From Malacoraja senta (taxonomy: Eukaryota), in assembly GCA_038087875.1 (NCBI GenBank), contig CM075978.1:134292001-134356000 (forward strand): a DNA stretch of 64,000 nucleotides, written 5' to 3'. Under the pieces are notes generated by a model. That model did not search any database. It was not told where the DNA came from and saw only the letters and a program-made list of their open reading frames with translations. Position numbers and translations under genes: made by a program. Of this stretch, positions 35,941-48,990 are shown in pieces (the first letter of the stretch is position 1; each line of letters opens with the position of its first letter).

Positions 35941-38900
35941 GTAAGTAACCTTGCTCCTTGCTTACCTTTTTTTTTCTCCCTACTACGTCCTTCAGAAACT
36001 TTAAAGGCTGCTTGCAGCTGGCTCCCATACCTGCAGAGGGGTTTCTTTTTTTTACTTACATTTCCATGTGTGTTTTGGAAAGAGAGAAAGAGTAGAGAAG
36101 TATTTCTAACCCCTTTTTGTTTTGTACACAATACGCTGCTTGTTTTCCAAATATTGCATTGTACTCTTTTGTCCCATCATCTGCTGCCTCTTTGTCTTTA
36201 GTCAAGTGTAGTATCCTAGGTATTTCGTGTCTCATCATGCAACGGATTTGTTTTTCATTTGTGTGGATACTTTCTTTTTTCCCCCAGATCTAGTGCAGAT
36301 GTGTTAGTTTCGGTTTGCCTTCTTTTGGGATATAATTTAGTTAATAAACGTGCTATTGTGCAGTTGGTTCGTCTTGCATTGTGCTCACGCTTGTCTCTTC
36401 TTGAAACTTTAATATAAATAATGATTCAATTAAAGGTATTTTAAAGTGCACGGTCATGTTGGTTGTAGTATTTGCTCCTATCTCTTCCCCAGCCCCCTCA
36501 TTCCCCCCCTCCCCCCCACCCCCCACATACACATACATGGTCACAAGGCGGCTGTATTGATGGTCAGACATGGACAAAGAAGTTGTCGTCACAAGGTGTC
36601 CTTTGTCAACAATCCCCCCTTGTTCTGTTCTGTTCTGAAATCTCAGGGAATTAATCTTGTGTTCATAGTAATAACGCACGAAACTCCGACCTCGCTCTTG
36701 ATTGTACTTAAAGTGGAGGTGCGCTGTCAGATCGAATGGTCGGTCGGCTTTGCATTGGCAAGGATTGATTAACAGTAAACAACATATAATTGGAAGCTAC
36801 GTTTGGAAGCAGTTGGAATGATGATGTGTGCGGAAAAAAAGGTGCATTTTGTGTTAATGCAAGCAGGTTGTAGATTACTTGGAGAGGAGAGAGAGAAATG
36901 CATTGGCCTTACCGGGAAAGTGAAATCAACTTTCTGAAAGTGGATTTTGCAGCATCGCGAATCTTGGAAACGTAGTTTTGTGGTTTCATTAAAACAACCC
37001 CAAAACGGTTGTTGTCGGTGCTGCCCTTCTTTATTTGCTCATTGCTCTCTTTACTTTGAGCTTGGTGGAGATCTGAGCCTGTTCTCCCGTGACTGGCCTT
37101 TTTAGAATTTGCCTTTAATTGTTTACAGACAATTCAAAGTCGCTGGCATCCCCGCGTGTCTTGTACATTGTTCCCGAAATTGATGTTTACCCAGCCAGCT
37201 GCTGGATGCCTGAAACACAGGCGCAGCAACGGAAGGATCGCCTTGCTAATGTTTTCCTGAAGGTTCACCCTCCCCCCCCCCACTCTCAAACGCCAGACCC
37301 CGGCTGAAAGTGAACTGGTAAGCACTTCAAGGCAGATTGTTTTCTTTCAAAAAGGCGAAGTTTCAGGATGGTGAGGGGTGTTGAATGGTGTTGGCAGTAA
37401 TCAGACAGTGCGCATGGGCACCGGCAGACAGGTGTGCTGTGTCTAGGGCAGGTGCAGCGTCTTACAAGGGCTCAGCAGCGTCTCGCCTTATGAAGAGAGC
37501 CTGCCATCAGATCCCAATGAAAATCACGATATATCAAATTGAACGCCCTCCAGAGACTAAACAATTTATTCTCTCCAAACAAAAGGTATTGTCCATTGCT
37601 GGTACGCGTATTTTTATTTTGTTTACAAAATTATAATATGAAGTATTATAGAATCTGCAAAAGCTTGTTTTCTGATCACGATAAAGGCTCCGTTTAAAAG
37701 GAATGAATTGATCTGGGAATCGTGCTGTACCGGTCTAACCGCAGCGCGGCCAGGATCACACTTCGCTTCAAATCCCCATTAAAACTTTAGAAAGATTGAT
37801 GCTTGGAAGTCGGTTGAAGTATCAATTTGTATCTGTAGAAATAATTCAGATTAATAACTGAGCTGCAACGGCGTTTTCCTCGATAACATCTTTCCAGTCC
37901 CTTAGTGTCCATAAAGCTTAATTTCCCGAAGTGCTTCCCCTGTACCAATTATAGGTAAATAAAGTTTATTTAAAATATCCATAATATATTGACCCTGCAT
38001 ATGTAGGAAAACACAAAACTGAATATACCTAATATACCTAGGAAACCTACAATATAGTGAGGTTATAAAATCAGTCATCTGTGATTATTCAAGTTTTATT
38101 TTCCTCTACAGCAGATTATTCAAGTTGATTTTGCTCTAGCCTATATACTTGATTATATACCTTGTGGCATTGCAGGTGTGCAGACTGTTATGCACTGGGT
38201 TCAGCTTTCTAGAAGAAAACTAGGCAGATAACTGTCCTCGAAAGATTCAGCTTCACTATGTTTCAATTAACGTTACATGAGAGTGACAGAAATTGCTTGA
38301 GAATTGTTGGATGGATTAAAGATAAAATTATTAATCTGGTATAGAATGGGAACCTTTTAACAATTAGGTGTGCTTCAATATTTTTATGCATGGCTGTATT
38401 GTGAGAAATTAAAAAGGAGTTATTTTAGAATCATAAAATTGTTCTTTAAAGAGTGCTGTCTATCCATGCACAGTCCTGTTAATCAACTCAGAGGCATCAA
38501 CATCCACTTGAACCAATTTCTCCGTTTTCCCTATTTCCATTCTTTCCACACCCCCAACAAGACAGCTAAACAGCAACTGTTGTCTTGATTGTAAATGCAG
38601 CTTAATAAACAGTTGCATTAACGCAAACATTTCCTGAAACTGCAGGTGCATTAGCATGTAGAGGAAGATGGCTCTTGCTTCGGGTAACCAGTCACCTTAC
38701 TCCCAAAGAAAATAACTTTTGAGAATGTGATCATCCAATTGATTATGAGCTGAAGACTACATCCATTTTTGTTTGCCTAAGACAATAATTAGAAGTAATT
38801 TATGTTTAAATGCATCTCATACAGTCAGTCGTTTCCCTCTACACAATACTCCACATGTGCAACACCGACACTTAAAAAAAAATATATATATTGATGACAT

Positions 38901-40759
38901 CTGTTAACTCTCTTAATTTATGAACCATATTTAATGATGAGGTTTAAAATGACCTTTAACTAGTAAAGACATGGATGGAATTTAAAAATACTTTGGCTTT
39001 TTACTGTTGAGGTCTTTAAAGATAAATATAGAAATTTGCTCTTGAAAGAGTAAGAAATGAACATATTTGATTTTGCAAGTTTGAATGCCTGCTTAGCTGC
39101 CCTAAATGTTTAAACTTATTGCAGGCAACAGCTTACATTGGACGCAGATTAACCAGGAGGACTAAATTCTCACAACTGTGTTATCCTAAGTATTATATTT
39201 TGCTCCGGTCTCATATTAATTATGAATTATGATGAACACATTGCAAGGCTAAATATCAAATCTTTCTGGAGGGATGCAGGCTGTTTATATTTAAAATCGT
39301 GACAATCCATTTCCAAATATCTGCAGGTTGAAAGTTGCTTAGTCGAAGCTTGTTTCTGTAGAGATAACCACTCACAGCTGTGGTGCTGTGGAATATGTGG
39401 ATGTTTTTACAGGTGAGTTGAAAGGGACGGAGCAAATCCAAAATGTCTGCATGCTGCCTTTGGCAAGCAGCCGTGCTATTGTGGAGATGAGTGCTGTTGA
39501 GTTGATGCAAAAGTTTCACATAGAGTAAATCTAGCATGAAAAATATTTTGTGATTTTCTGTTTATGTAGGTTAAAAACTTAAACCCTTGTTTCAGCACAT
39601 GTAACATCCATGGGATTACATCTATGTGAGTTAACCAGGCATGGAGCACTTCTAAGTTCATTAGTGTATTTTTGATCTTGGGAAATTGGGAGTTCTGACA
39701 TAAAAGAAAATACATTCCCTTCCTTTCCCACGCTTGTGCTTCATGTTTTCTTGCTTTGTCTAATTAATTTCTAATGTGATTTTTGAGGTTATAAAGGAAT
39801 TCTCACATACATTGCAGCTGAACCTCTCAGTAGATATTATATAACAACATTTCCTTTGATTAGTATGCTCATTGTTGTATACAAAGTTTTTAACTGATGA
39901 CCTTTGATTAGTTAAATATTACCATAACATTTGAAAAGTGATGTAAATATTTAGTAATGTCATTGTCAATGGTGTTTTTTTTATGTACAGTATGAATCTG
40001 GAAGCAATTTCTTATCACTATAGCATTCGAAAACCTTTTGCCAACAATTAACTATATATAGGTTTAAAAAGAATAAGTGGACAGCGTAAATCTATATTTA
40101 GGTTTGCTCTGTTGTCTTTCATTTTGTGCAGTCGGTAATGTCATATCTCGTGGCATTCTTTGAATGAAATGCAGAAGAAATTAATGCAATTTAGAAAGTT
40201 CATGTTAACTGTGCATAGAACAAAATTAACAAAGCTAAATCTGAACAGATTACACAAATTTGTCAGCATGGTCTTTTCAGTAAATGACTTTTGCATCAAA
40301 CTGTAATGATGCAAAATAGAAATGCATAAAACACCAGTGTTTTATAACTATATTGATTTGTTCTTGAATTATTTTCAGATTTATGTATGACATAATCAAA
40401 ATATTTGTCTGCATGTTTTTTTACACTTTTCCCCTTAAGGTAAATGATAACATTTAACATTTTTGTACATGAATTATATTATTGATGCTGAAGGAGCTTT
40501 GCTTTGTAAAAAAAAATGCTTAATCTATCCCAAACCATGTGAAAAGGAATATTTGTAAAAATCATTTTGCATCAAATGCATAATGAACTGTGATAAATGT
40601 AATGTCCCATAACCCCCTATACCGGCGCTTGCCTATTTTATGCAGATTAGAGGTCTGGAAATTTAGAGAAAATTAAAGAAAATGATTCATCGGTCCTTTT
40701 GTTCTATTGGCTAGGGTCCCGGGATTCTCGAGCTGTGCCCAGCTGACAAGCCTTTGAAG

Positions 40760-40771
40760 ATGGCACAATAA
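40760..40771 (+). promoter_or_regulatory. Minimal uORF (ATG GCA CAA TAA) in the PROX1 5'UTR
   Basis: AAG ATG G is a strong Kozak context (A-3, G+4); the stop ends 10 nt before the main ATG. Confidence 0.6.
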
Positions 40772-40781
40772 CAAACCAGTG

Positions 40782-42494
40782 ATGCCTGACCATGACAGCA
40801 TAGTCCTCCTAACCAGACATACTAAGAGAAGAAGAGTCGACATTGGAGTGAAGAGAACTGTAGGGACAACTACGGTGTTAACTAAAGCAAAAGGGAAGCT
40901 ATATAGTGTCATGAATTCCCAAAGTTCAGATCAGGACATTGAGTGCTCAGTGGTTCAGCATACAGATGGGGACAAATCAAACGTGCTCCGCAAGCTGCTG
41001 AAGAGGGCAAACTCTTATGAAGATGCCATGATGCCTTTTCCTGGAGCTACCATAATTTCCCAGCTACTGAAAAACAATGCAACTAAGAACGGAAGCACAG
41101 AGCTCAATTTGCAAACCAGTGGTCTCTCCAGCACGGGGTCAGAGGCAAACCAGGAGGATGCTTGCAGCAACTCTTCAAGGGAAAGTGGCCAAGAATGCCT
41201 GTCACCATTTAGCCGGCCTAACATGAGTCAGTTCGACGTGGATCGGCTTTGTGATGAACATTTGCGGGCCAAACGTGCACGAGTTGAAAACATAATTCGA
41301 GGCATGAGTCATTCGCCAAACGTGGCACTGCGGGGTGGAGAGAACGATCGAGATGGGGGACAGCAGCCTGTGAGTCCCCGAGAAAGTTACAGGGAAAACA
41401 AACGCAAGCAGAAGCTTCCTCAGCAGCAGCAACAGAGTTTTCAGCAACTGGTTACAGCCCGGAAAGAGCAAAAGCGAGAAGAACGACGGCAATTGAAGCA
41501 ACAACTGGAAGACATGCAGAAGCAACTGCGTCAGCTCCAGGAAAAGTTCTACCAAATATATGACAGTACAGACTCTGAGAACGATGAAGATGGCAATCTG
41601 TCTGAAGATAGCTTGCAGTCAGAAACCACTGATACTAGAGCACGAGCCCGGTCTAACCATGAGATATCAGAGTTGGATCCAGGACACTTCCTTGATCGTG
41701 CTCGAGCTCTTATTAGGGAGCAGGAAATGGCGGCAGAAAAAGAAAAACTGAAGAGAGATGGCCGCTCCAGGAAAAGCCAAGGCCTAACCACCTTGCATGC
41801 TGAAGGAAAACAGCTAGCTGAGACGCTCAAACAGGAACTCAATTCCACCATGTCACAAGTAGTGGACTCTGTCGTCAAAATGTTCTCTAAATCCTCCCAC
41901 CAGCTTCCTCAGGTCTTCCCCCCTATCCAGATTCCACAGGCGAGATTTGCCATGAATGGAGAAAACCACAACTTCCACACAACAAATCAACGACTTCAAT
42001 GCTTTGGTGACGTTATCATTTCGAATCCGTTGAATACTTTTGCCAACATGCACATGTCTAATTCCTTGGACCAGACGGAAGCACTGCCTCTCGTAGTACG
42101 CAAAAACTCCTCCGAGCCATCTGCGTCCACCCCGTCCATGGGAGGCCACCACGTTTCTCATCATCAGTCCCCGCTCTCAGCCGCAGCAGGGTTTTCATCC
42201 CCTGCCTTTCGCCATCCGCTGCCTCTTCCTCTCATGGCCTATTCCTTTCAGAGTTCGATAGGCAATGCCTCCAGTGCAGTATCTGGGAAAGACAGGTCAT
42301 CTCCCGAGTCCTTGGACCTGACCAGGGAAACTGCCTGTCTGCGGACCAAAGTATCATCACACCACATGAACCATCGTCCCTGCTCACCAATCCATCCATC
42401 CAGCACAGCGGAAGGTCTCTCGTTATCTCTCATTAAATCTGAGTGTAGTGACTTGCAAGACATGGCGGACATTTCACCATACTCTGGAAATACA
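40782..42494 (+). CDS. PROX1: PROX1 first coding exon (exon 2), codons 1-571
   Basis: Translation MPDHDS...KRRRVDIGVKRTVG, NR boxes LRKLL and IISQLL, RAKRARVENII, QTEALPLVVRK and EGLSLSLIKSE are recognisable PROX1 motifs. The exon starts after ctag at 40715 and ends in phase 0 at the U12 donor ATATCCTTT (42495). The ORF-track start 40779 is a GTG immediately before the ATG. Confidence 0.97.
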
Positions 42495-45400
42495 ATATCC
42501 TTTACTGATTGTTCTTTAGTGTCTTAAATAGGTATATGCAACTAAAAAGAGTTCCAGGTTTTCACCCATATTGTCCCCGTGGCATCTCAATAGAATTGAG
42601 TTGAACTTTAAGCAAGGGGTCCAGTCATTGATTTTTTTTACCGTTATTACCTGTTTTTGGATAACCCAGACACTGAAGATGCAACAAGTGCATCACCCCC
42701 ACCCTTTACTGTTCTGCAAGTTCAGTGCAGCTGCCTGCTATGCATGATTAACCTCTGTTCAGCTGTACACAGAAATCTTTTGTCCTTGTATATACAAAGC
42801 AAATGATTTTAAAAGCTTGTGAGCACAATCAGAGTGGGCTCAGCTAAACTGAACTTCTTTCACAAGGTTTACTGTACTTTTTTTTTCCTTTTTCAAACAG
42901 ATAACTCTCAAAAATATTTCATGAAGTATCAAAATGGTGCATCAATTGCAATTTTTCCTATTTCAGTGCCAGTTCTCAAAACAGCTTTTCCTTTTGTTTT
43001 ATCCTATCACTTTGTTGAAGTAATAGAGCTTCTATTTTTACTATAAAGATTTGTTGACAGGAGTCAGTAACATACGGCACCATTTATTGTTGCTTAGCAG
43101 CACTCTGCGGTGTTTCGTGAATTTAATGGCCAGTTACATATTTCATAGGTGACGAAAATGCACTTTTTAAATTGCAATTATGAATTTATTACCTTACCTT
43201 GAAAGTCACGTTAAGATACATATTGCTTGCCCTTTATTTTGGCCTACTCTATACACAAATTCTGGACTGGAGTATGTTGTAGGAATTTTCAGGTATTTGG
43301 CTAAACTAATAGAGGATGCTCAGTCATTTCACTCCCATAGTAATAATGTATTGTCCTCAAAAAGAGAAATGACTTCACTGTGTACTATTTTGTACTTATT
43401 GAACTACAAAAGATTATGATTGTATTAAAACCCATTGCGTCCAACTGCACACAGTTGCATCTCAGTTACTTTAACTTAATGGCGAAATATTTTGCAAGCT
43501 CGTGAATAGAACCATAGTAATTGGACCGGGGTTCCTTACTGCACCCCCTCCCCTCCCTATCCCATCCCACCACCATCCCAACCCCTAATGTTAAAGGAAA
43601 CAGTTGAATGTCTGTCTCAAGATTTCAGCCTTGATCCTCCATGACACAACCCTCCTTTTGCATCTCAAGAAAATAACCTTGTAGAATACACAGCACATTG
43701 GAGCTGAGCTACTGCTTGGGGCAAGGCTAATGGACGAGTACATTCAATCTCCATGGAGCTAACAAAAAATAAGATGACACCTAGAGTTATAAACTAAAAT
43801 ATAATAAATAGGAACCAGGCGGAGTGAAACTACAATCAAGTTCTAATGCTTTCAAACATTGGTCCCGTGCCAAAATATTTAATTGCGAGTAATCTGGTAA
43901 CTAAGATTACGTTACATATGATATGGAATAATGCAAAAGATGATAACTTGAACAAGATGGAATTTAGAAATTGTACTTAAAATTCTGCAATTATCTACTC
44001 GATCACAAATTTTGTAATAATTATTTTCTGACAGCAATAGACATACAGTCTTACATAAAGCAAATGCTGCTTTGATTATTTTTTTAAAACAAAACTTTAT
44101 TGTCCATCTCAAGGATGGATTGAAAAAGTCTTCTCAGGCTGAATTGAAAAATGGCAATGTTCCAGTTACACTGCTGCTGTCTTTAATCCAATTGTACAAT
44201 TTTATATTGTCCTGGACTGACATAACTCATCTGCCTCTCAGGTAATTCTACATATTTGCCTTGTAAAAACTCTGTATGCAGCTTACACACAAACTCGTGT
44301 GGTGTTTGAATACTGCTTTAGGTTCAGCTGCAGTGCAGTATTTCTCTGATCTTTTATTTTCCTGAGCAGATGTCTTTCATTAATTTATGGATTTATCATC
44401 TTTTCTTTTTTTTACACCTGGCAGCTGGCTCAAGTTTCAGCAGTTATTGTCTATTTTGCATGACATGTAGAATTGAATGTCATCTGTCTTAACAAAGCTG
44501 AAGCTAAAAGAATGAGGTGAGCCACATGAGCTGCTGGGACAGAGCTGTACGTTTTCTTACCTCCTTAATATTTATTTGTGCTCATTTCTTCTGGCCTTGA
44601 ATGGGCTGTGCTCACATTCTGTGCAGCTGTATGTTTACAAAATCTATTCCAACATGAGTCATTGTGCGTGTGTAAGTATCCTAGAAACAGCCAGAGCTTT
44701 CTTGAGAGAACAGTTGCTTTTAGCGTAAGCACTTAAAAGGGAAAATGGTCAGTTCTGCTTTACATTATTGTGCGAAGCAGTGACATCAATTTTGCTGTAG
44801 CATGATTTTAAGCTGCTTTTTGTAGTTCATATTAGAAGCAAGTTAGGCAAAGTAGCAGTTAACCAGCATTGTTAAAAAAAATGAAGTATTTCATTTATAC
44901 GATGTATTTATTAATAATTAAGGTTGTTTTAAGAACTCTCAAAAATGCCGTGATTTCTTTTCCGTTTGCATTTAATATGATTTGATAATCATATGTCCTA
45001 GCATTTAAAGAACGAACATATAAATTTGCAATTTTGTCAAATGTAATTTTTACAAATGTACTACGCAGTTTCCAAATCCTATAAATGACTGAGGAAATCA
45101 AAATGAAATAACATGTCAGCAGCTGTTCATATCCTCACTCTTTACGTTGCTTTGTGTCGTTTACCATTTTTTTCCTTCTCTGTCATCTCTAAATATAATT
45201 ATTCATCTTGAGGTATAGTCCCAAGGACAATAATGGTGCTATGGAAAATAACCATTCTTCTTGAACCAGCTTGAGTAATATGTGCAGGCATGTTATTTCA
45301 TGATCATTGCAGAACCCTATACTGTCTTCATTTAACAATCATGCATTTTTTTTTTGCTGCAGGCGGCAAATTTGCTTGATTTGTTTTCTCCCTTGGCTTG

Positions 45401-45851
45401 GAGCACTGAGACCAATGGTGGTATTTCAAATGCCAACATAACTCTAACCAGATAATTTCAAGAGGGACCTGGGATTAAATTTGGAGTCCAGCTGGGATGA
45501 CTCAATAACAATGGTGTATGTTTGGTAGCTCAAGCATTGGGCACTCCCTCTTTGACATTTCTTTTCCACAAAGTGAGATTGGGCAGGTGATTCACTTTAA
45601 AAATAACACACATGCGGTCCTAAATGTTCTTTCATGTTTAATTAATAAAATTAATGTTTAATGTAGCTCTTTAATGTCAGAGTTGATGTTCTGTATTGTG
45701 GTGCAGTCATGTCAGTTATTGCTGTGATATTTTGCAGAATATAAAATATAAAATACAGTTTATTCTAACTTTCTTTTAAGATAAGAGGAAAGTATGTCTA
45801 GAATGAAATAAGACAGAAATAAACAATTTATTTCTACACCAGATATAATTA

Positions 45852-45853
<2 letters not shown>

Positions 45854-45901
<48 letters not shown>
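45854..45901. repeat. (TA)n microsatellite
   Basis: About 24 uninterrupted AT units. Confidence 0.97.
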
Positions 45902-45904
<3 letters not shown>

Positions 45905-48704
45905 AAACAATTGTGCAAGGATATTAAACTATGGAATGTTAATCTTATTAAAGGGTGGTTATAATTAGTTATGTGAATTATTAGTGCAAGGTTGAACAAA
46001 TATTCTTTTTACCACCTCTGTCCACAAATTGGAAATACATTTTAAGTATAAAGTTTTAAGTAATTGCAAGCGCTCTGTGTACTACATGGTGATTGGGCAC
46101 ATCCACCATGGATCAGCACTACCAAGAACTGCAGATATTAAATTGAGCTGTCCTAGCTCTTTAAATGCCTTTTCAGCAAGCACAGCTCCCCACATAGAAT
46201 GATCTCTGAAATGCTGGTTAGACACAAATAATGAAAGCACAGCACTTGATACCATTTACTTTCAAATGATGCTCCTCATCTGTTTTAGTTGTCTTTTAAA
46301 CAAGGGGGTCCAATGATAATATTAAGAGATTAGAATTTACGCAGTGAATGCATTGTAGCAGGAGGATGTTGACAGGCTGCAAAGATGCATCCCTTTGCTG
46401 AACAGCTTTGAAATAAGTAGTAGGCAGTCTGTTTAGAAATTGTAAAGTGGGTGCACTTTTTGAAATTCCTGAGAAGACAGATTAACATTTTCCTTATCCA
46501 TTGCAGGCAATATAAAAACATATGTTCCTGTTAACACCACAATGACGTAAATAGATAGAGAATAACTTTTGTTACTGTAAAAATTTACATCATGATCCAT
46601 TTGTTTGAAGTGGGTAAGAAGGATAAAACGTACAGGATCAAATTAAGTTTGAATGTTATATATTTTAAATGTAGACAAAAGGAGCTATAGATAATGAAAT
46701 CTGGAAAACACAAATTAAATAAATGTACTATAATGGATAATATTTGAATAAACATTCAACTTCGTGTCAATGTTTTATTAAAAATCATTCCTTGAATGAA
46801 TAACAGAGCAGATATGTTTCAGCTGTAGAGTTCTTGGAAGAACACAGTAAACATATCAGCTGATCTAACAAATAACACATGACAAATTAAAGTGAGTCAT
46901 TTTTATCCATTAGCTTTAAATTTTATTATAAATTCACAAAACATTAAACAGATTAACGGAGTTCATATAATCCAATAAAACTTTAGAGTTCATTTAGTTA
47001 TTTTGATTAAATGCTAATAAATTAATAATTCTTTAGGTAGTGAAATTCTTCTTCTGAAGGTGTGCACTGTTAATTGTCATAAACCAACCGCATCCAACCC
47101 ACTGAACTCTAAAGAAGAATGGATCCGCAATAAACAACATTTTCTGTTGTCGGTCAGACTGATTTTCAATCATTTTTAATACATCCAGGAATTGAAGATG
47201 CAGAAACACATTATTTGTGTGCTCCATTGTTTAATTCCTTCTGAAAATGAAAGTGTTCTTAGCCCAAGAACACAATTCATATACTTGTGCAGGTATTTGG
47301 CATAGAGATATAACTTGCTGGGGCATAGATAAATTAATTACATTCTTGTGAGTTTCATATTGATGTAAAAACCTGGGGGGTGATTTTCACAGGAATCTGA
47401 GAAGTATGACATTAGAACCAGTAAGTGGGAGCAAAAATGACATGGAAAGTTAATAAATATGGGAATGATCTCTACCATAAAATTACTTGGGTGGGGTTAG
47501 GGGGGGGGGGGGGGGTGTATGTAGCTGGAGCAGCAGACCAAGGTCAGGGCTGGAGGCCAAAAATTCCTAGTGAAGTTTGCGAGAAAACATTTTCTCCACC
47601 ATTCCCAGAGGATTCCACAGAAGTTACTTTTTCTACACTTATTTTGGTCTCTAGTGGCAAGTCCACAACCCCACCTATTGTTCTGTTGTCAAGGTTAACT
47701 GTGCGGGCTCATTAATAGAAATATGGCTGCCATGTTAGAATTACCCTGCCTGAATGAAGGTAAATAAAGATATTGTGGTGGGGGAGGGGTTAGAGGCATG
47801 CTACCCTTCCTCCTGCATTCTAATTCCTAGCCAAAGGTGAGTGGAGGCCAGGGGTAACCTGCATCATTGTTTCCCATCTAACTGAGAATGTAAACAGTTA
47901 ATGCAAAACATTCTCAAAAAGTATCTGGAGCAAATTCATCTGCGTTACACATTGCTCTTGTGGCTACCTGAGCAGTGCTTGTTAGGTGATGAAAAGATTG
48001 GAGACAGCTGATTTCTTCACCTGCGGTTGCTCTCAACAGATGTGGTCATTTAACAAATTGAAATAGACTAAGTGTTTTTGTAATAAACTTTTCTAAAATT
48101 GGATCCTGAACCGCTCACAAGTTGTAGGTTTGCACAAAATATCCATGTAAAATTGAGTTAATGCCACTTTCAACTCCATGGCGAGCAGTTTTACTTGGCT
48201 TTGCTACAGCATGAGGCCTCAAATTACATCTGCCCTTCCTAGAAACACCCACAGAGCAAGTTGCTGACATGGAATCTGCCCACCAACTTAGTTAATACAT
48301 ATCCCTTCAAAACTTTTTAATTTTGATATTAACTTTAGTAATTTAGTCAATAACAGATTTGTGACTAAATGAAGTTTAGCTTGCATGAAGTTGCTATTTA
48401 TAAAAGAACATTTCCTCATCTCGATATTTAATAAGGGTTAAATCTGAATAAAGCATGCTTTCTGAGCAATTAAGGATGAACAATAAATATCACATCACTG
48501 CATCCCAAGAACAAATTCGAGTAAAATTGTGGACACCTAGAAAATATTGTAGTAATCCAAGGTTATTTGGAAAATAAAAGCAAGATCTAGTCTGCAAACA
48601 CACTACTTTCTTAACAGCCATATTTTTATGTGGGCTGCTGTAATTTTCATGATAATAACTAATGTAGGAAAAACTGTTGTACTGAAGTACCTGTACCTGA
48701 AGCA

Positions 48705-48990
48705 GTCATAGAGTCAATGAGCTTAGAAGCAGGCCCTCAGCTCACCATGTCCATGTGACCATCAAGTACCTACAGTTTGTATCTATACTAATCTCATTTA
48801 CCAACACTTGGCTTGTAGCCTTCCATGCCTTGGTGATTCAGATGCTTGTCCAGATACTTCATAAATGTTGCACGAATCTCCACCTCTACCACCCCTTCAG
48901 GCAGTAGGTTCCAGCTTCCAACTTCCCTTTAGTAGGTTGCTCAGTAAACTTCTTATACCCTGCCTTAAAACTTATCCCTCTGGTGTTATC
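48705..48990 (-). mobile_element. Old CR1 3' fragment in the U12 intron
   Basis: Diverged similarity to 13470-13750. Confidence 0.6.

Noticed and set aside
40779-42527. 582-aa single-exon ORF as the complete protein
   Set aside because: It runs past the U12 donor and lacks the homeo-prospero domain, which is encoded by exons at 51483 and 62004.
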